Shown here piece by piece: positions 39,075-50,365 of a DNA stretch of 64,000 nt. The DNA is from Pseudogymnoascus verrucosus (lineage: Eukaryota). The notes under the pieces were generated by a model that saw only the letters and a list, made by a program, of their open reading frames with translations, made no database searches and was not told the DNA's origin. The stretch lies in assembly GCA_001662655.1 (NCBI GenBank), contig KV460263.1; one strand, given 5' to 3'. The stretch's first letter is position 1. Each line of letters starts with the position of its first letter. A program made the position numbers and the translations under genes.

Positions 39075-39790
39075 TAATAATATAATATCCATAGCCTCGA
39101 GTAATTTAAATCTTCAATTCTTTTTGTTTAGTTTTATTTCATTTTATAATCGCTGTAAAACAACCATAGCCGCCATAGTTCTGCAGACTGTTATAAAGCC
39201 TTAAGTAACTGACCGTCTAGATGCCCCCTTTTAGACTCTATGCTAGAGCGAGTAGGGAGGAAGACCCGGCGCGATTGGATTATATTTCCATTCTTCTCTT
39301 CGGTGTAGGATGTAACAATCACATCCCCGAGTAATTTTAATCTTTAATCTTTAATGTTTAATCTTTGATTTCATTTATGATCGCTATAAACATCCACGGC
39401 TGCCATAGTATCTGCGGACTCATCCCATAGTCTGAGTGACTAACCGTCTAAAACCACATACTCCGTACTCCTCTCTCTCTTTTCGGCATCTTACCACCTT
39501 ACCGCCTCAGCATGTCACTTCACCCTCCCTCTCCCACCACTCCTTGTTCTAGAAATATTTATAAAGGGACCTGAGCAGTTCTTAAGCGTAGGTTTGTCTA
39601 TAGTATAATAAATCACATCTCCGGTAATTCAACACTTCAATTTTTTAAGTTTCATTTCATTTATAATCGCTATAAACACCCACAGCCGCCACAGTATCCG
39701 TAGGCTTCTCCTAAAGTCTAAGTGACTGACTCCTTAAAACCACATACTCCGTACTCTTCCCTCCCCTCTCAACACCTCAGCATCTCCCCC
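39075..39790. repeat. Three degenerate ~250-290-bp tandem units downstream of FAF1
   Basis: GTAATTT..TTTCATTT(T)AT(A/G)ATCGCT(G/A)TAAA..GC(C/T)GCCA(T/C)AGT..AGT(A/G)ACT(G/A)AC recurs at ~39100, ~39330 and ~39620. Confidence 0.85.
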
Positions 39791-40946
39791 TCACTTCCCC
39801 CTACCCCTCCCCTTCCCCCTCCCACCCCTCCCGCCTCTCCCCCCCCTCCCACCCTTCCCCCCTCCCCTCTTCGGTCCCTCAATCTCCCTAACCTCCTTCT
39901 TACTAATTTTCAACGCCCCCCCCACAAACCTCCCCACCCCCGGCGCCCCCACATCCCCCCTCCCCAACCCCTTCTCCCCCCCCTTCCTCCGATCCCTCTC
40001 CTTACTCTTCCCCCCCATCCTCTCCAAAATAATGCCCCCCTCTCTCGCTCCCTCCCTGCGTCCCTTCTCCCGCTCCTCTGCCTTGGCTGCTATCCCTTTA
40101 CGCATATGCATTGGCATCTTCGCTTGTACGAATAACGACCCCTTGCCGCCGAGGGCTTGGATGCGCAGGTCCGTGGCGCGGTGCCGGTTTGTGCCTTCGA
40201 GGGTGTGTGTTTGGTGGGAAGAGGAGGAGGCGGTGGAGGAGGTGAGGAGGTGGGATTCGGTGAGGAGGCGGTGCAGGGCTAGGTCGTTGGCGGTGTTGTC
40301 TTTGTCGGTGGGGTCGGTGGGGGTGGGTGTTGTGAGGGCGGTGGTGGTCGTTGCTGAAGAGGGAGGGCGGGCGGACTGGGAGGTGTTAGTTGGATTTTTG
40401 ATTGAGGTGTTTGGTTATAGTCGTCGCCGGCTTTGCGGTCGTGGGAGGGGACTGTGGAAAGACACTTGAGGGAGAACATACCATAAAAGCCTTCAACTCC
40501 GCCTTGGACATCTTCGGCGCTGACACCGCCGAGGTATGTTCGACAACGTCAATTTTCCGCCTCTTCACGCCATCATCTCCATCGCTGTCTTCCTCTTCAT
40601 CGTCATCCTCGCTCTCCCCAGAAAGCCCGCCCCATTCCTCATCTTCGTCCTCATCCTCTTCCACCACAATCGCACCCTTCTTCCCACCCTTCTTCTCCTT
40701 CACATCAGGTAAAGGCTTAAACCGCGCCTCAAAATGCCGCCTAAATATCTCCGCCGCATCAGGCTCTTCCTCTTCCTCGCCGTCTTCCATATCCTCATCC
40801 TCATCCTCATCCTCAACGCTTGACCTCTCCTCATCAACCTCCTTCGTCGCCTCCTCCTCCTCTAAAACACGAATTTTCCTCGCTGACAGACCCCCCTCGC
40901 GCTTCCGCTTCGTAGACACACTCTTAGCCATCGTTTTCGCCGCCAT
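39791..40946 (-). CDS. FAF1: 40S ribosome assembly / pre-rRNA processing factor Faf1
   Basis: AEIFRRHFEARFKPL, acidic tract, MSKAELKAFM|S (intron 40376-40481), NDLALHRLLTESHLL, KMPMHMRKGI..REGGIILE, PGVGRFVGGALKISK and an RGG tail. Confidence 0.85.
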
Positions 40947-41163
40947 TGTCGTGATATGCTAATCGCGAAATAAACTCGTCGTCTCGAACATTGCGTCCAG
41001 GCGCTACAAATTATTTTTCTCAGCCTCGCGTGCACGGACCCTTCCGTCGCTGGCCGACCCCACCAGAGCTCCCCCTCCACCACCCCTCCTCACTGTGCCC
41101 AATTCGCAATTCCCACCTCACAAAAACCACGATAAAACCACACCGAGGAAAAAGACAGACACA

Positions 41164-42108
41164 ATGACCCGATTCCGCCCCTGCATCGACCTCCACGCCG
41201 GCGCGGTAAAACAGATCATCGGCGGTACGCTGTCTACCTCCTCCCCCGACACGCTGAAGACGAACTTCGTATCGACACTCCCCGCGGAACACTTCGCGAA
41301 ACTCTACAAGGAGAACAGATTAGATGGGGGACATGTCATAATGCTCGGACCGGGGAACGAGGAGGCTGCTACGAAGTCGGTGGCGGAGTGGAGGGGGGGG
41401 TTACAGGTTGGAGGCGGGGTGAGGGGGGATAATGCTGCGCAGTGGATTGAGAGGGGGGCGGGGAAGGTGTGTTTCCTTCTATTTGCTCTGGAAGCCGCGG
41501 GTCTTGTGGACAGTTTGTAAGGGGATGGAGGGCTAACGGGAACAGGTGATAATAACATCGTACCTCTTCCCCTCGGGCGCCTTCTCGCAAGAGCGTCTGG
41601 ACGAGGTGCTTGCTGCGCTGGGCGGGGATAAGGAGAAACTAGTTATTGACCTGAGTTGTCGCCGAAAGGATGGGACGTGGTTCGTGGCCATGAATAAATG
41701 GCAAGACTTGACGGATATGGAGATCACCGAAGGTAAGCCCCCTATACCATCTCCCTACCACCCCACCCAGACCACCCGACGACCCAGGCAACCAAGCTAA
41801 CACCCCCAGAATCAATCAAATCCCTCGAACCCTACACCTCCGAATTCCTCATCCACGCCGCCGACAACGAAGGCCTCCAGCGCGGCATCGACACCGACCT
41901 CGTCCGCGCCCTGGGCTCCTGGTGTTCCATCCCCGTCACCTACGCCGGCGGCGGGCGCAGCATCGCTGATCTCGAGCTCGTCAAGAGCTTGAGTGGCGGG
42001 AAGGTCGATCTCACGATTGGGAGCGCGCTGGATTGCTTTGGGGGCGCGTTGCCGTTCGAGGAGTGCGTCGCGTGGAATCGGAAGCAGGAGGCAGAGGAGG
42101 GGAGGTGA
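41164..42108 (+). CDS. HIS6: Phosphoribosylformimino-5-aminoimidazole carboxamide ribotide isomerase
   Basis: [55 protein letters not shown] and DLTIGSALD. Introns 41467-41545 and 41732-41809. Confidence 0.96.
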
Positions 42109-42424
42109 TGGGTATGTGTGGTGGGGAGGATTGGGAAGGGCGTTTTTGGGTAGAGGTGGGAATGGGAAAAGTATGGGGGTGTTTATAGAAGAGAGGGATT
42201 TATTTGGGGATGAGTGATATAGAATACGTCACTGCGATAACTCGAAGCGCTTGAAGACTGACGAGGGTATACAGTATATTGCATGCTAGCTCGCTCGGTC
42301 GCTCGAAATTCTTCTATCTTGGTATGCGTGCTTCTATTACAATTCTGAACCAAAACCAAAATTACGTGGACGAATATTATCGTCGCCTAAAAGCTCATCT
42401 GGCCGTCTCCCACCAAACCACCAT

Positions 42425-45400
42425 TCAAGCAATCCCACCCCCAACCGCTTCCCATCCCCTCACCCCCCTCGCCTCCTCCAGCTGCACACACCACCACAGC
42501 GCCTCCTTCGCCTTCCCCTCCATCCTCGAATCCTCGTACGCTCTCGCAAGCCCAAACCACGCTTCACTATCATTCCATCCCCCACCAAGCTTCGTCAAGC
42601 GATCTAGCAACCCATGCGCACGATCACGCGCGGCCAGCCTGTCGAAGAGCGAAAGTTTTGTTGTAGGCGGTGCTGGGCCCTGCGAGGGCGGCGGCGGAAG
42701 CCCGAGTGGTGTCGAGGTGGTGGAGGTGTGAGTTGATGGTTTGTGAGAGGTGGGGGTTGCGGAAGCGGAAGAAGACGGCGGCGTCGCGATGGTGGGGATG
42801 GAAGGGGGGTAGACGAGGACCTCAGATGAGATGTCGAGGAGGATGTTGGAGAGTCCTACAATGGCGGCGGGGTGGTCGGGGAAGTGCGTTAGTGCGGCCT
42901 CGAAGTGCGATAGAGCTACGAATGGCCACGATTCCGCGAGGGAGACTTGTCCACGCTGCGATGTGTTAGCATGGTGTTTTGTTTGAATCGGGATTTAAGA
43001 CTTACCTCCGCACACACGTCCGCCCAGAGCTCCTCGACGCTCTTCCCTACTCCCCACTCGCGTGCGTCGACGAGAAGTTGCCCACTCTCATCGCGCAGGA
43101 CATCCTCTTCTAGACCTTCGACGAGCTCGCTGGCGGCTTCAATGGAGACCTTGGCATCCTCATATTGCTCTGCGCGGCGGTAGAAACCGGCTATCAGGAG
43201 CCAGACACGCACTAGTATCCCAATGTGGTGTCGTCGCGATTTACTCGGCGGCAAGCGCGTTGCTGGGCTGCTGAAAGGCAATAGTGAATATGAGTTCAAC
43301 GACTTCGTACCCTGTCCGTTAGGTCTCGGTGGCGCTTCCCGTGCCTGCTGGGATATGCTATCAACTACATTCGTAGGCGATATCTCCCCGTCACTCGCTG
43401 GGTTTGACGCCGCTTTCGAGGTAGCTACGCTCCGATTACGGATGCTAGCGTGGCTCAACTTATGGGCCAATTTGTCTCCCTTGTTGGACTTTGTTGAGGG
43501 GTGCTGGCTCCGCCGCGTGAGTTTTGCTGGCGCGCCACTCTCTCCTGTCACCTGGATCTTTGGAGCTGCGCTTGCCGTCGTATGAGAGGTTGGTGGCCGG
43601 GAAGGCGTGCTTACATTTTCGGCCGTAGACGAGGCAAAGGTTGTGGCACCAGATGCATCGCGGTTGGAGCGTTTTGACCGTCCAAATATGCTGCCTTTAA
43701 CGCTGCGAAGAGTGCTAGTTCCGGTGGTCGGAGGGATTTGCTGCGACTTCCTTGGAACGGCAAACGGAATTTGTGTCTGGCCAAAAAGCCTCGAGTAGAG
43801 GCTCAGAAGCTCTTCGGTTCCGTTGACTGCAACGTCTGGGCCATCTTGGATCTCGATAAGAAGCAACTGAGACATTTTGACTTCAATAATTGCCTCCTTC
43901 TCATAGTCGTCCATATCGTCAATAGCCGCACTGTGTTTTTCTTGCATGCCATTCAAATGCTCGCTCTGGTAGTCTCCTTCCCCCTCTCCGAAAAGGGCTT
44001 TGAGGTCCCCAAATTGCTTAAAGGCGCCCTCGCAAGCATGGGATGCTTCTGTAAATTGATCTTTCGCGCTGAGCAACAGTGCTAGCAAATGCCATAAACG
44101 TATTAGAGATCTCTCTCGGACATATTTGGCAGGATTTGAGGCTTTGTCGACATTTCGTTGTGGTGCTAATGCAGCACCAACAATCTGGATGGCCTCTCCG
44201 ATCTGTCGTCTCTCTGAAAGCACCAATGCAAGTGCAAATAGGGTATCAACGTCATCAGTGCATCCGTACTCTGGTTTAAGCGCTGTTCGTAGATTCGTGA
44301 TAGCTTTCGTTTGGTATTCAGGTCGTGATTTCGCATCAGGGGTCAAGCGTGCCCATTGAGCATTACTTATGCCAATTGCACGCCAGGCGTGCGCATACAC
44401 ACGAGGTGACACTGTGGATGTGTGTTCCGCGGCACTACCACTATCGAGTAGCTTTTTGTTGCCAATTGTAACCCCGTTGGCGTCGCCATTGGTCAACTCC
44501 TCCTGGCTATGTGACGGGTCATGCTGTTCTAACCATGACTCGAAAAAATGGGCAAGTTTCTTTGCTTTCTCAGCCCCGGAAACCCCACCAAATTGGCAAA
44601 GGGCCCTTATACACTTGGATGCCGTGACTAATACATCCTCGTTGCTGTCCAGTGCATGTTCCGGCTCTCCTGTCTTTTGCACCCGTTGTTTCCCTTTGTT
44701 GACAATCTCAAAGTAAGTGTCAAAGGCTTTGAAGGCTAGTTCAAAGTCGGCGAGAGCTAGATGGACTGTGAAGAGGCCTCGTAGAATCTGGGTTGAATGG
44801 AACGTTTTCGTGGCGGCCCTGTAGAGGATTTCGAGCACACTACGGCTGATGCCAACTCTCCCACCAGATCCGAGATCGTGCTCATCCCAACAGCCGCCAC
44901 ACAGCACCGCCCAGTTGCCTAACACAAGCTCAACCAATTCTTCAATCTCTTCACTGCTTTGTTCCGCCTTTGGGAAATGCGCCTCTTTGAGAAGTAGAAA
45001 TTCGTATCGTGCTTCCACTCGCGCCAATTCGCCTCGCTGTATGATCCTCATTCCGTGGTTGTTGCTGGTAGCCCCCAGGGCGGTGGATGGGTACGGCAGG
45101 TCGCCTTGGACAATAAACGAAAGTGTGGCATAATATTCTTTCCAAATCAGCCGTCTCGGCACATCCGCTTCCGTTGCATATCCCCCAACTGCGGCCGTCG
45201 ACGAGCTGGCCAGTCTTTCCCAGAAGTCCGCCCATGCTCGGAATGCCACCAACGTCTCTGCCTCCATCCTCGGTGAAGCATTGCTCTTTATGGACTGGCT
45301 CGTGATTAGGCAGAACTTCGTCAACAACAGCTCCGTCCACTTGCGCAGCTCCGACGCTTTCTTCAATTCTGATGCCGTCGCAGAAACGATTGGCATCCCC

Positions 45401-46072
45401 GATTCGAATACCTCAATCGCATCACCCAGCGACCTAGACTTCTCTAGGGCCACGCCTTTTATGTATATCGCCTTCAAAGCGCAAGTGCGCGTCCACCCCG
45501 TCGCTTGTTTTGAAGTCCCATCGAGCAGCGAGAAATCCCCTTCAATGTCTTTCGGCAGTCGCAGGGCGGCAAGCTCTGGTTCGCCGAGCGCCCAATGTAC
45601 CCATCCAAGAGCGACCTGAGCCTGGAAGACATCTTCGGGGTGGTCGTGTTCCGCATCGATGGCTCCGATAAGGGGGGGTACGTATTGGACGAGACTTGTA
45701 ATTTCTGGGTTCGTGCCCGTCGAGGGTTGGTGTCTTATGGCTTGTTGAACGGCATGGGTAGCATTCGCAGCGAGTGTAAGACCTATGCAGAGCAATCAGT
45801 CAACAAAGTTCAAAGAGTGGACGTCGCAATGAATGGGCGCACGGGGGGCTACTTGGGGTCTTCACGTACATGCTCGGGCAGGGGCGTGCTTCCTGATCTT
45901 GCGAACCAAATTCGGAACGGCCTCCCAATCACCACCACATTGTGCCTGGTCGAGCTGCTGGATATACTTCACAGCCTTCGACCGATCTGGGCCCTAGGGT
46001 TTCAATCAGTGTATGGTCTTCGTTTGCTAGGCCCCTGCGAGATTGACATTGGGAATTGAATCTTACCCCCAT
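42425..46072 (-). CDS. YPP1: TPR scaffold Ypp1/Rhf1 (PI4-kinase Stt4 complex; TTC7-like)
   Basis: 6-nt first coding exon ATGGGG|GTAAGA (intron 45994-46066), then KYIQQLDQAQCGGDWEAVPNLVRKIRKHAP. Long helical/TPR body with LWHLLALLLSAK. After an intron at ~42952-43005 come ALTHFPDHPAAIVGL and WNDSEAWFGLARAYE..LWWCVQLEE. Confidence 0.85.
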
Positions 46073-46492
46073 ATTGGACGGATTACTGAAGCAATGGAGT
46101 TCCGGACAGATCTTAGGCCAGAAACATTAACACATAACAACAGTTAAACATTCTGGTCGACGTCCAATGGAATCTACGTTAATGGCCAGTTAACGTATGG
46201 TCCACCTCGGACCTGTTTCGCGACGATCTGAATTCAAGCTGGGGTAAGCATGTGGCCAATCAGAAAGAGCCACAGCCTTACGCTAAATATGGGATCCCGG
46301 CTGAGAAATTTATTCTGAATTATGTAGCGAGGCTGGATCGCGTGTAGTTGAAACCAGTGAAAACGAAAACTGGGAATCTAGATCTGTTTTTGGAGACAGA
46401 CAAGAGTCATTACGGGTGAAGAAAGAGACAAAGCTGTGATTGTTGTATACTACGAACGACACGGCCAACTCCGACAAGCCGAGAAGCATCAG

Positions 46493-48792
46493 ATGTCTAT
46501 CCCACCTGAGTTGCGGGTGCTAAACCACCAGCTCTCCACTGTCCCAACCGCCCAGTTGCCTCAGATAACACCTCTTCTCCTGCGGAATGTACTGAGGTGT
46601 CAAGGGCCTTTATCGGCGCCGTCTACAAATGCCGCCAAAGATGATTCGTCTGAGGCATCTGCTGTCCACACGCTCAAAACTCACGTGTCGAGGTTATTAT
46701 TCGGCAAAAGTGCGGAAGGAAGATTCGCGGCGATAATACTGGCGAAAGGTATCATTGACGTCGGCGGATGGGAAGTTCTACGAGGGGCTTTGAAATGGGT
46801 GCAAGGGCTGTTAGCGATATTGACAGTAAGCAAATCTACGACGGTTTTTGATCCAGACGACTGACATTTTTGTAGAAGCCAGATCCTGTCGCCTCAAAGA
46901 GACTATGCATCATTACATTGACAAGTATATTTGTCAAGACGCATCAGTATCAGAGCATCGTCAGAGAGATCACTACGCCACATCTGTCACCTTTTGTTAC
47001 CTCTTGCCTTGCCCTGGTCTCCTCAAAGTCCACTGGCAAGGTATTGGAAGTTCCAGCATCTCTTACAGAGGCTGTGTTGGACGCCTTTTCTACGTTAATG
47101 CCTAGACATCCTGCGATCTTCCGACCCTTTGCCAACCAAATCAGGCAAGTCACGAGAGTGTATGTGGCACCTACCTTCTGTGATGGATTCTTCGTGCCTG
47201 AGTCTCTCAAGGAGTCCGCCCGCTCTCTCGCCGTGTTATTGCATCAGACAGCGCCAAAAAACACCAGCGGAGAAGAATGGGGCAAGAACGTCCGAGAGCT
47301 TGTCAAGGAAATTCATGCCACGACGGATCAAGTCTATCGTGCTGTTGTGGAGGATTGGGAGTCTGCTGCCGGATACGTTCCCCAGCCGATCGATGTCAAC
47401 GAGGAGCTTCATGGCGGTGGGAAATCAAAAGATGACTATCCAGCCTGGACTGGGATCGACGCTGGGTTGGAAAGGCTTCAAGGTCTACTTGGTTACCTGG
47501 AGGAGCACTTCAGACACCACACGGCGACCGCTGTCACCGTGCCCCTCGGAATTATCGACGACCTCCTCACCAGGCTGATGTCCATTGCCGCTCCCCAGCC
47601 ATCGAAAAATGGATCAGGCCAGGGTGGCATGCGCCTCCACCCAGCAATCTCTCGTGAAGAGCGAGAAGGTTTATGGTCCGGTCTACCGCAAACCTACGTA
47701 GGAGTCATGGAAGTGTATGGAATCCTCATTGAGCGTCTCCAGCACAATTTTACGTCTCTAGCGCAAGGTTGCCTGGAGCAGATTACGTGGACCTTCCGAT
47801 CAGGAAAACAAGACGAGCAGTACCGCGCAAAAGCCTACGACGTCATTGCGGCTATTTTACCTCTATGTGCATCGGGCCTTCCAAAACCTTCCATTGACAG
47901 AATGACGTCGGTGATAGTTGCCTGCTGCAAAGAGTTACGTACTGTCGAGGAGGTGGTTCCCGCTATAGCGCTGAAGGACAGTAGCGGAAAGGCTACTTCC
48001 AATGGCGTCGCCAATGCCGACAGTTTCCTCAAGAACAAGTCAATTCTGTCATCTGCCGATGTGCACGATACGACAGTTGTCAGCAGCGCCAAAGCGCTCC
48101 TGCCACTATTCTTCACTCTTATTCCTCAACAACACCTTGAGGCATATACGCGAGCCGAGCTAGATAGGACAGCCATTCTATCACACCACAAAGAAGCAAT
48201 GCTGGCTAGCGTTCTGAGCCCGTTCTTAGGGCGGAATGGAAAGAGCTTGCCTAGCATTCTTCCGCACCTTTGCCGCGCATATCCGCGAGATGCCGCTGTG
48301 GAGGCACTACTGAGGCCACGCCTTCCTGTCATCCGACAATCTGGGCCTGTAATGGGTGCGCCTCTCGAAGAGGAGCTTGAGGAGGACGACGATGTAGCGA
48401 TGGATGATCTACAGCCAGTGGATGAACAAGAAGAACTCCTCGAGAATATCGTCAATACCACTGCGACATCGATGTCAACGAGTAACGATGCCACTTCTAC
48501 TGATGCTCCGATCACGTCAACCAAGACGAGGGAACAAGAGACTAACCATTGGGGGACTAGCACTAGCGCCACAAATAAGGTTTACACTAGTAAGGAGCCG
48601 CAGGGCAAGGATGTGGCGGCCCCTGCCGCTAGCATTAGCGAGGGTGCGCCAAGGGCCGAAACGACGACACGCACAACAGTACAGTCGACGACTACAACTG
48701 CAACTGTGGATGCTGTCGAAGAAGAGGACTCTGATGACGAGTCTGTGCATTTGGAAGCTGGTCTGTCTGATTCTGAGGAGGAGGAGGAGTAG
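46493..48792 (+). CDS. RIX1: Pre-rRNA processing protein Rix1 (PELP1-like)
   Basis: MSIPPELRVL..GRFAAIILAK..GGWEVL..WVQGLLAILT|KPDP (intron 46826-46875)..VREITTPHL..RHPAIFRPF, EALLRPRLP, acidic C-tail. Confidence 0.85.
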
Positions 48793-48917
48793 AATATGGG
48801 CTTCATAGCGTTTGATAATGGCATATTACCTGTTGCATCTCGCTGGAGATACAATGTTTACTTTTGACATAATGATCAGAACGCTCCTTCCTTGCCTGTG
48901 ATCAGAGCGATGAATAG

Positions 48918-49068
48918 TTTGCCTAGTTAAATTTACGTTCGCACCTTCCCGTGCTATTATCTGCCAGAGCCAATACGTCCGCGCCTTCCCTTGCTATTAT
49001 CTACCAGAGCCAATTTGCCTAGTCAACGTACGTTCGTACCTTCCGTTGCTATTGGCTGTAGAGCTAAC
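48918..49068. repeat. Degenerate triplication downstream of RIX1
   Basis: TACGT(T/C)CG..CCTTCC..TGCTATT..AGAGC x3, with TTTGCCTAGT twice. Confidence 0.8.
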
Positions 49069-49250
49069 TATACTCGCTCCATCGTAGTTTCCTTCTCACG
49101 TCAATCGTGACGCTTTTACCTTCCGCCGCCTTCCTCCCATTGCTTTCCGCCATAGCTATTGTGGTGATGGTTCTCATAATGAACCATAGTCTCATGTGAA
49201 GGCTAACATTCCATCTGTACGCAAGTTACCATTGGTTGGAGGTCAGCCGC

Positions 49251-49700
49251 TAGAAACAGCGTTAAACAAGCTCTCGACAGAGATGTAGAAAGCTCCTCTC
49301 AACACCAAATTCATAGCTAGTGGCTCAAAAGTTCCAGATGCTTCATATATACTGCCCATTGGCAACAATCATGCGTTCGCTTGATGCAAATGACGCCAAT
49401 TCGAGGCCAACTGCCAAAAATAGCGTTTAACAAGCCTCTGATAAATCGTCAGCTCCATGGCGACGACGCCAGATGTGTGACTCCTCTGTTAGTGTTGATG
49501 TCAATGGTGCTCTTCTGGGTGCTCTTCTACCGCATGGAACCATTCCACGTAGGCTCACCTACTAGAAGTAGCGTCCAAGAAGCTTCTGGCGCAGCATTAA
49601 CTCTCCTAACGACGCCGCAAAATGTCTGACTCCTCTATTAGTGTATGTCAATGGTGCTCTCTCACCGATTGAAACCATTCCACGCTGTATCACCTGCTCC
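49251..49700. repeat. Degenerate ~145-165-bp direct repeats upstream of the integrase-Zn-like gene
   Basis: ACGACGCC..TGACTCCTCT(G/A)TTAGTGT..TGTCAATGGTGCTCT..AACCATTCCACG..TCACCT occurs twice, and an AGCGT..AAGC motif occurs three times. Confidence 0.75.
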
Positions 49701-50365
49701 TGGCCGTAACTTTTAGTCTGCCCCTCAAATCCTATAATAGTATGGCCCTTTTAGCCCTCCCCCCCATTTCCTCCTTCCCTCTACAACATCAGTCACACAC
49801 AGCTTCCAGGGCCACCTTTGCACATCTCAAGCACAACGTTTGTTCAAAGCCAACTTACGTTTGTTCAAAAGCTCCCTTGAACACTCACCTTGTCAAAGTA
49901 CAAGAACCCACATTCTGGAGATATCCAAGAATAGATCAGCACGTCCGCTGCATCACCCAGTCATCTACGAGAGATACTGGATTTTTAAGTCTTGAATTTG
50001 TGTCTGACACAGAAAATTGTGAATAACAGTAGAAGGCCCCTGGCAGAAGTGAGTACTCCTATCACATATATGTGGACTTGGATTCTAACTCACAGGTAGA
50101 GCTGTGCGTCCACTGGTGTCGGTATCACTGATATTGGATATCCATCAAAGATACCAAAGGTCCTCAACGACAAAGTTCGGCAGGACCCCCCTGAGTGACT
50201 ACTGTCAGGTTAACAGTGCCTGTCGGTCAGTATCTTTATCATTTTGACTCTGAACACGGCACTGATAAATAGCCCAGTCTCTCTTTCAGTCACTCTACCG
50301 ACGTCCGACCAAGGAGTACGTTTCCCCAGTAGCTGGCTTGCAGACCTGAACTGACTTTTGTAGCA

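Noticed and set aside
30368..48792. STE12-RIX1 proximity as yeast synteny
   Set aside because: The yeast neighbour of STE12 is IPI1, not RIX1, and three genes intervene here.
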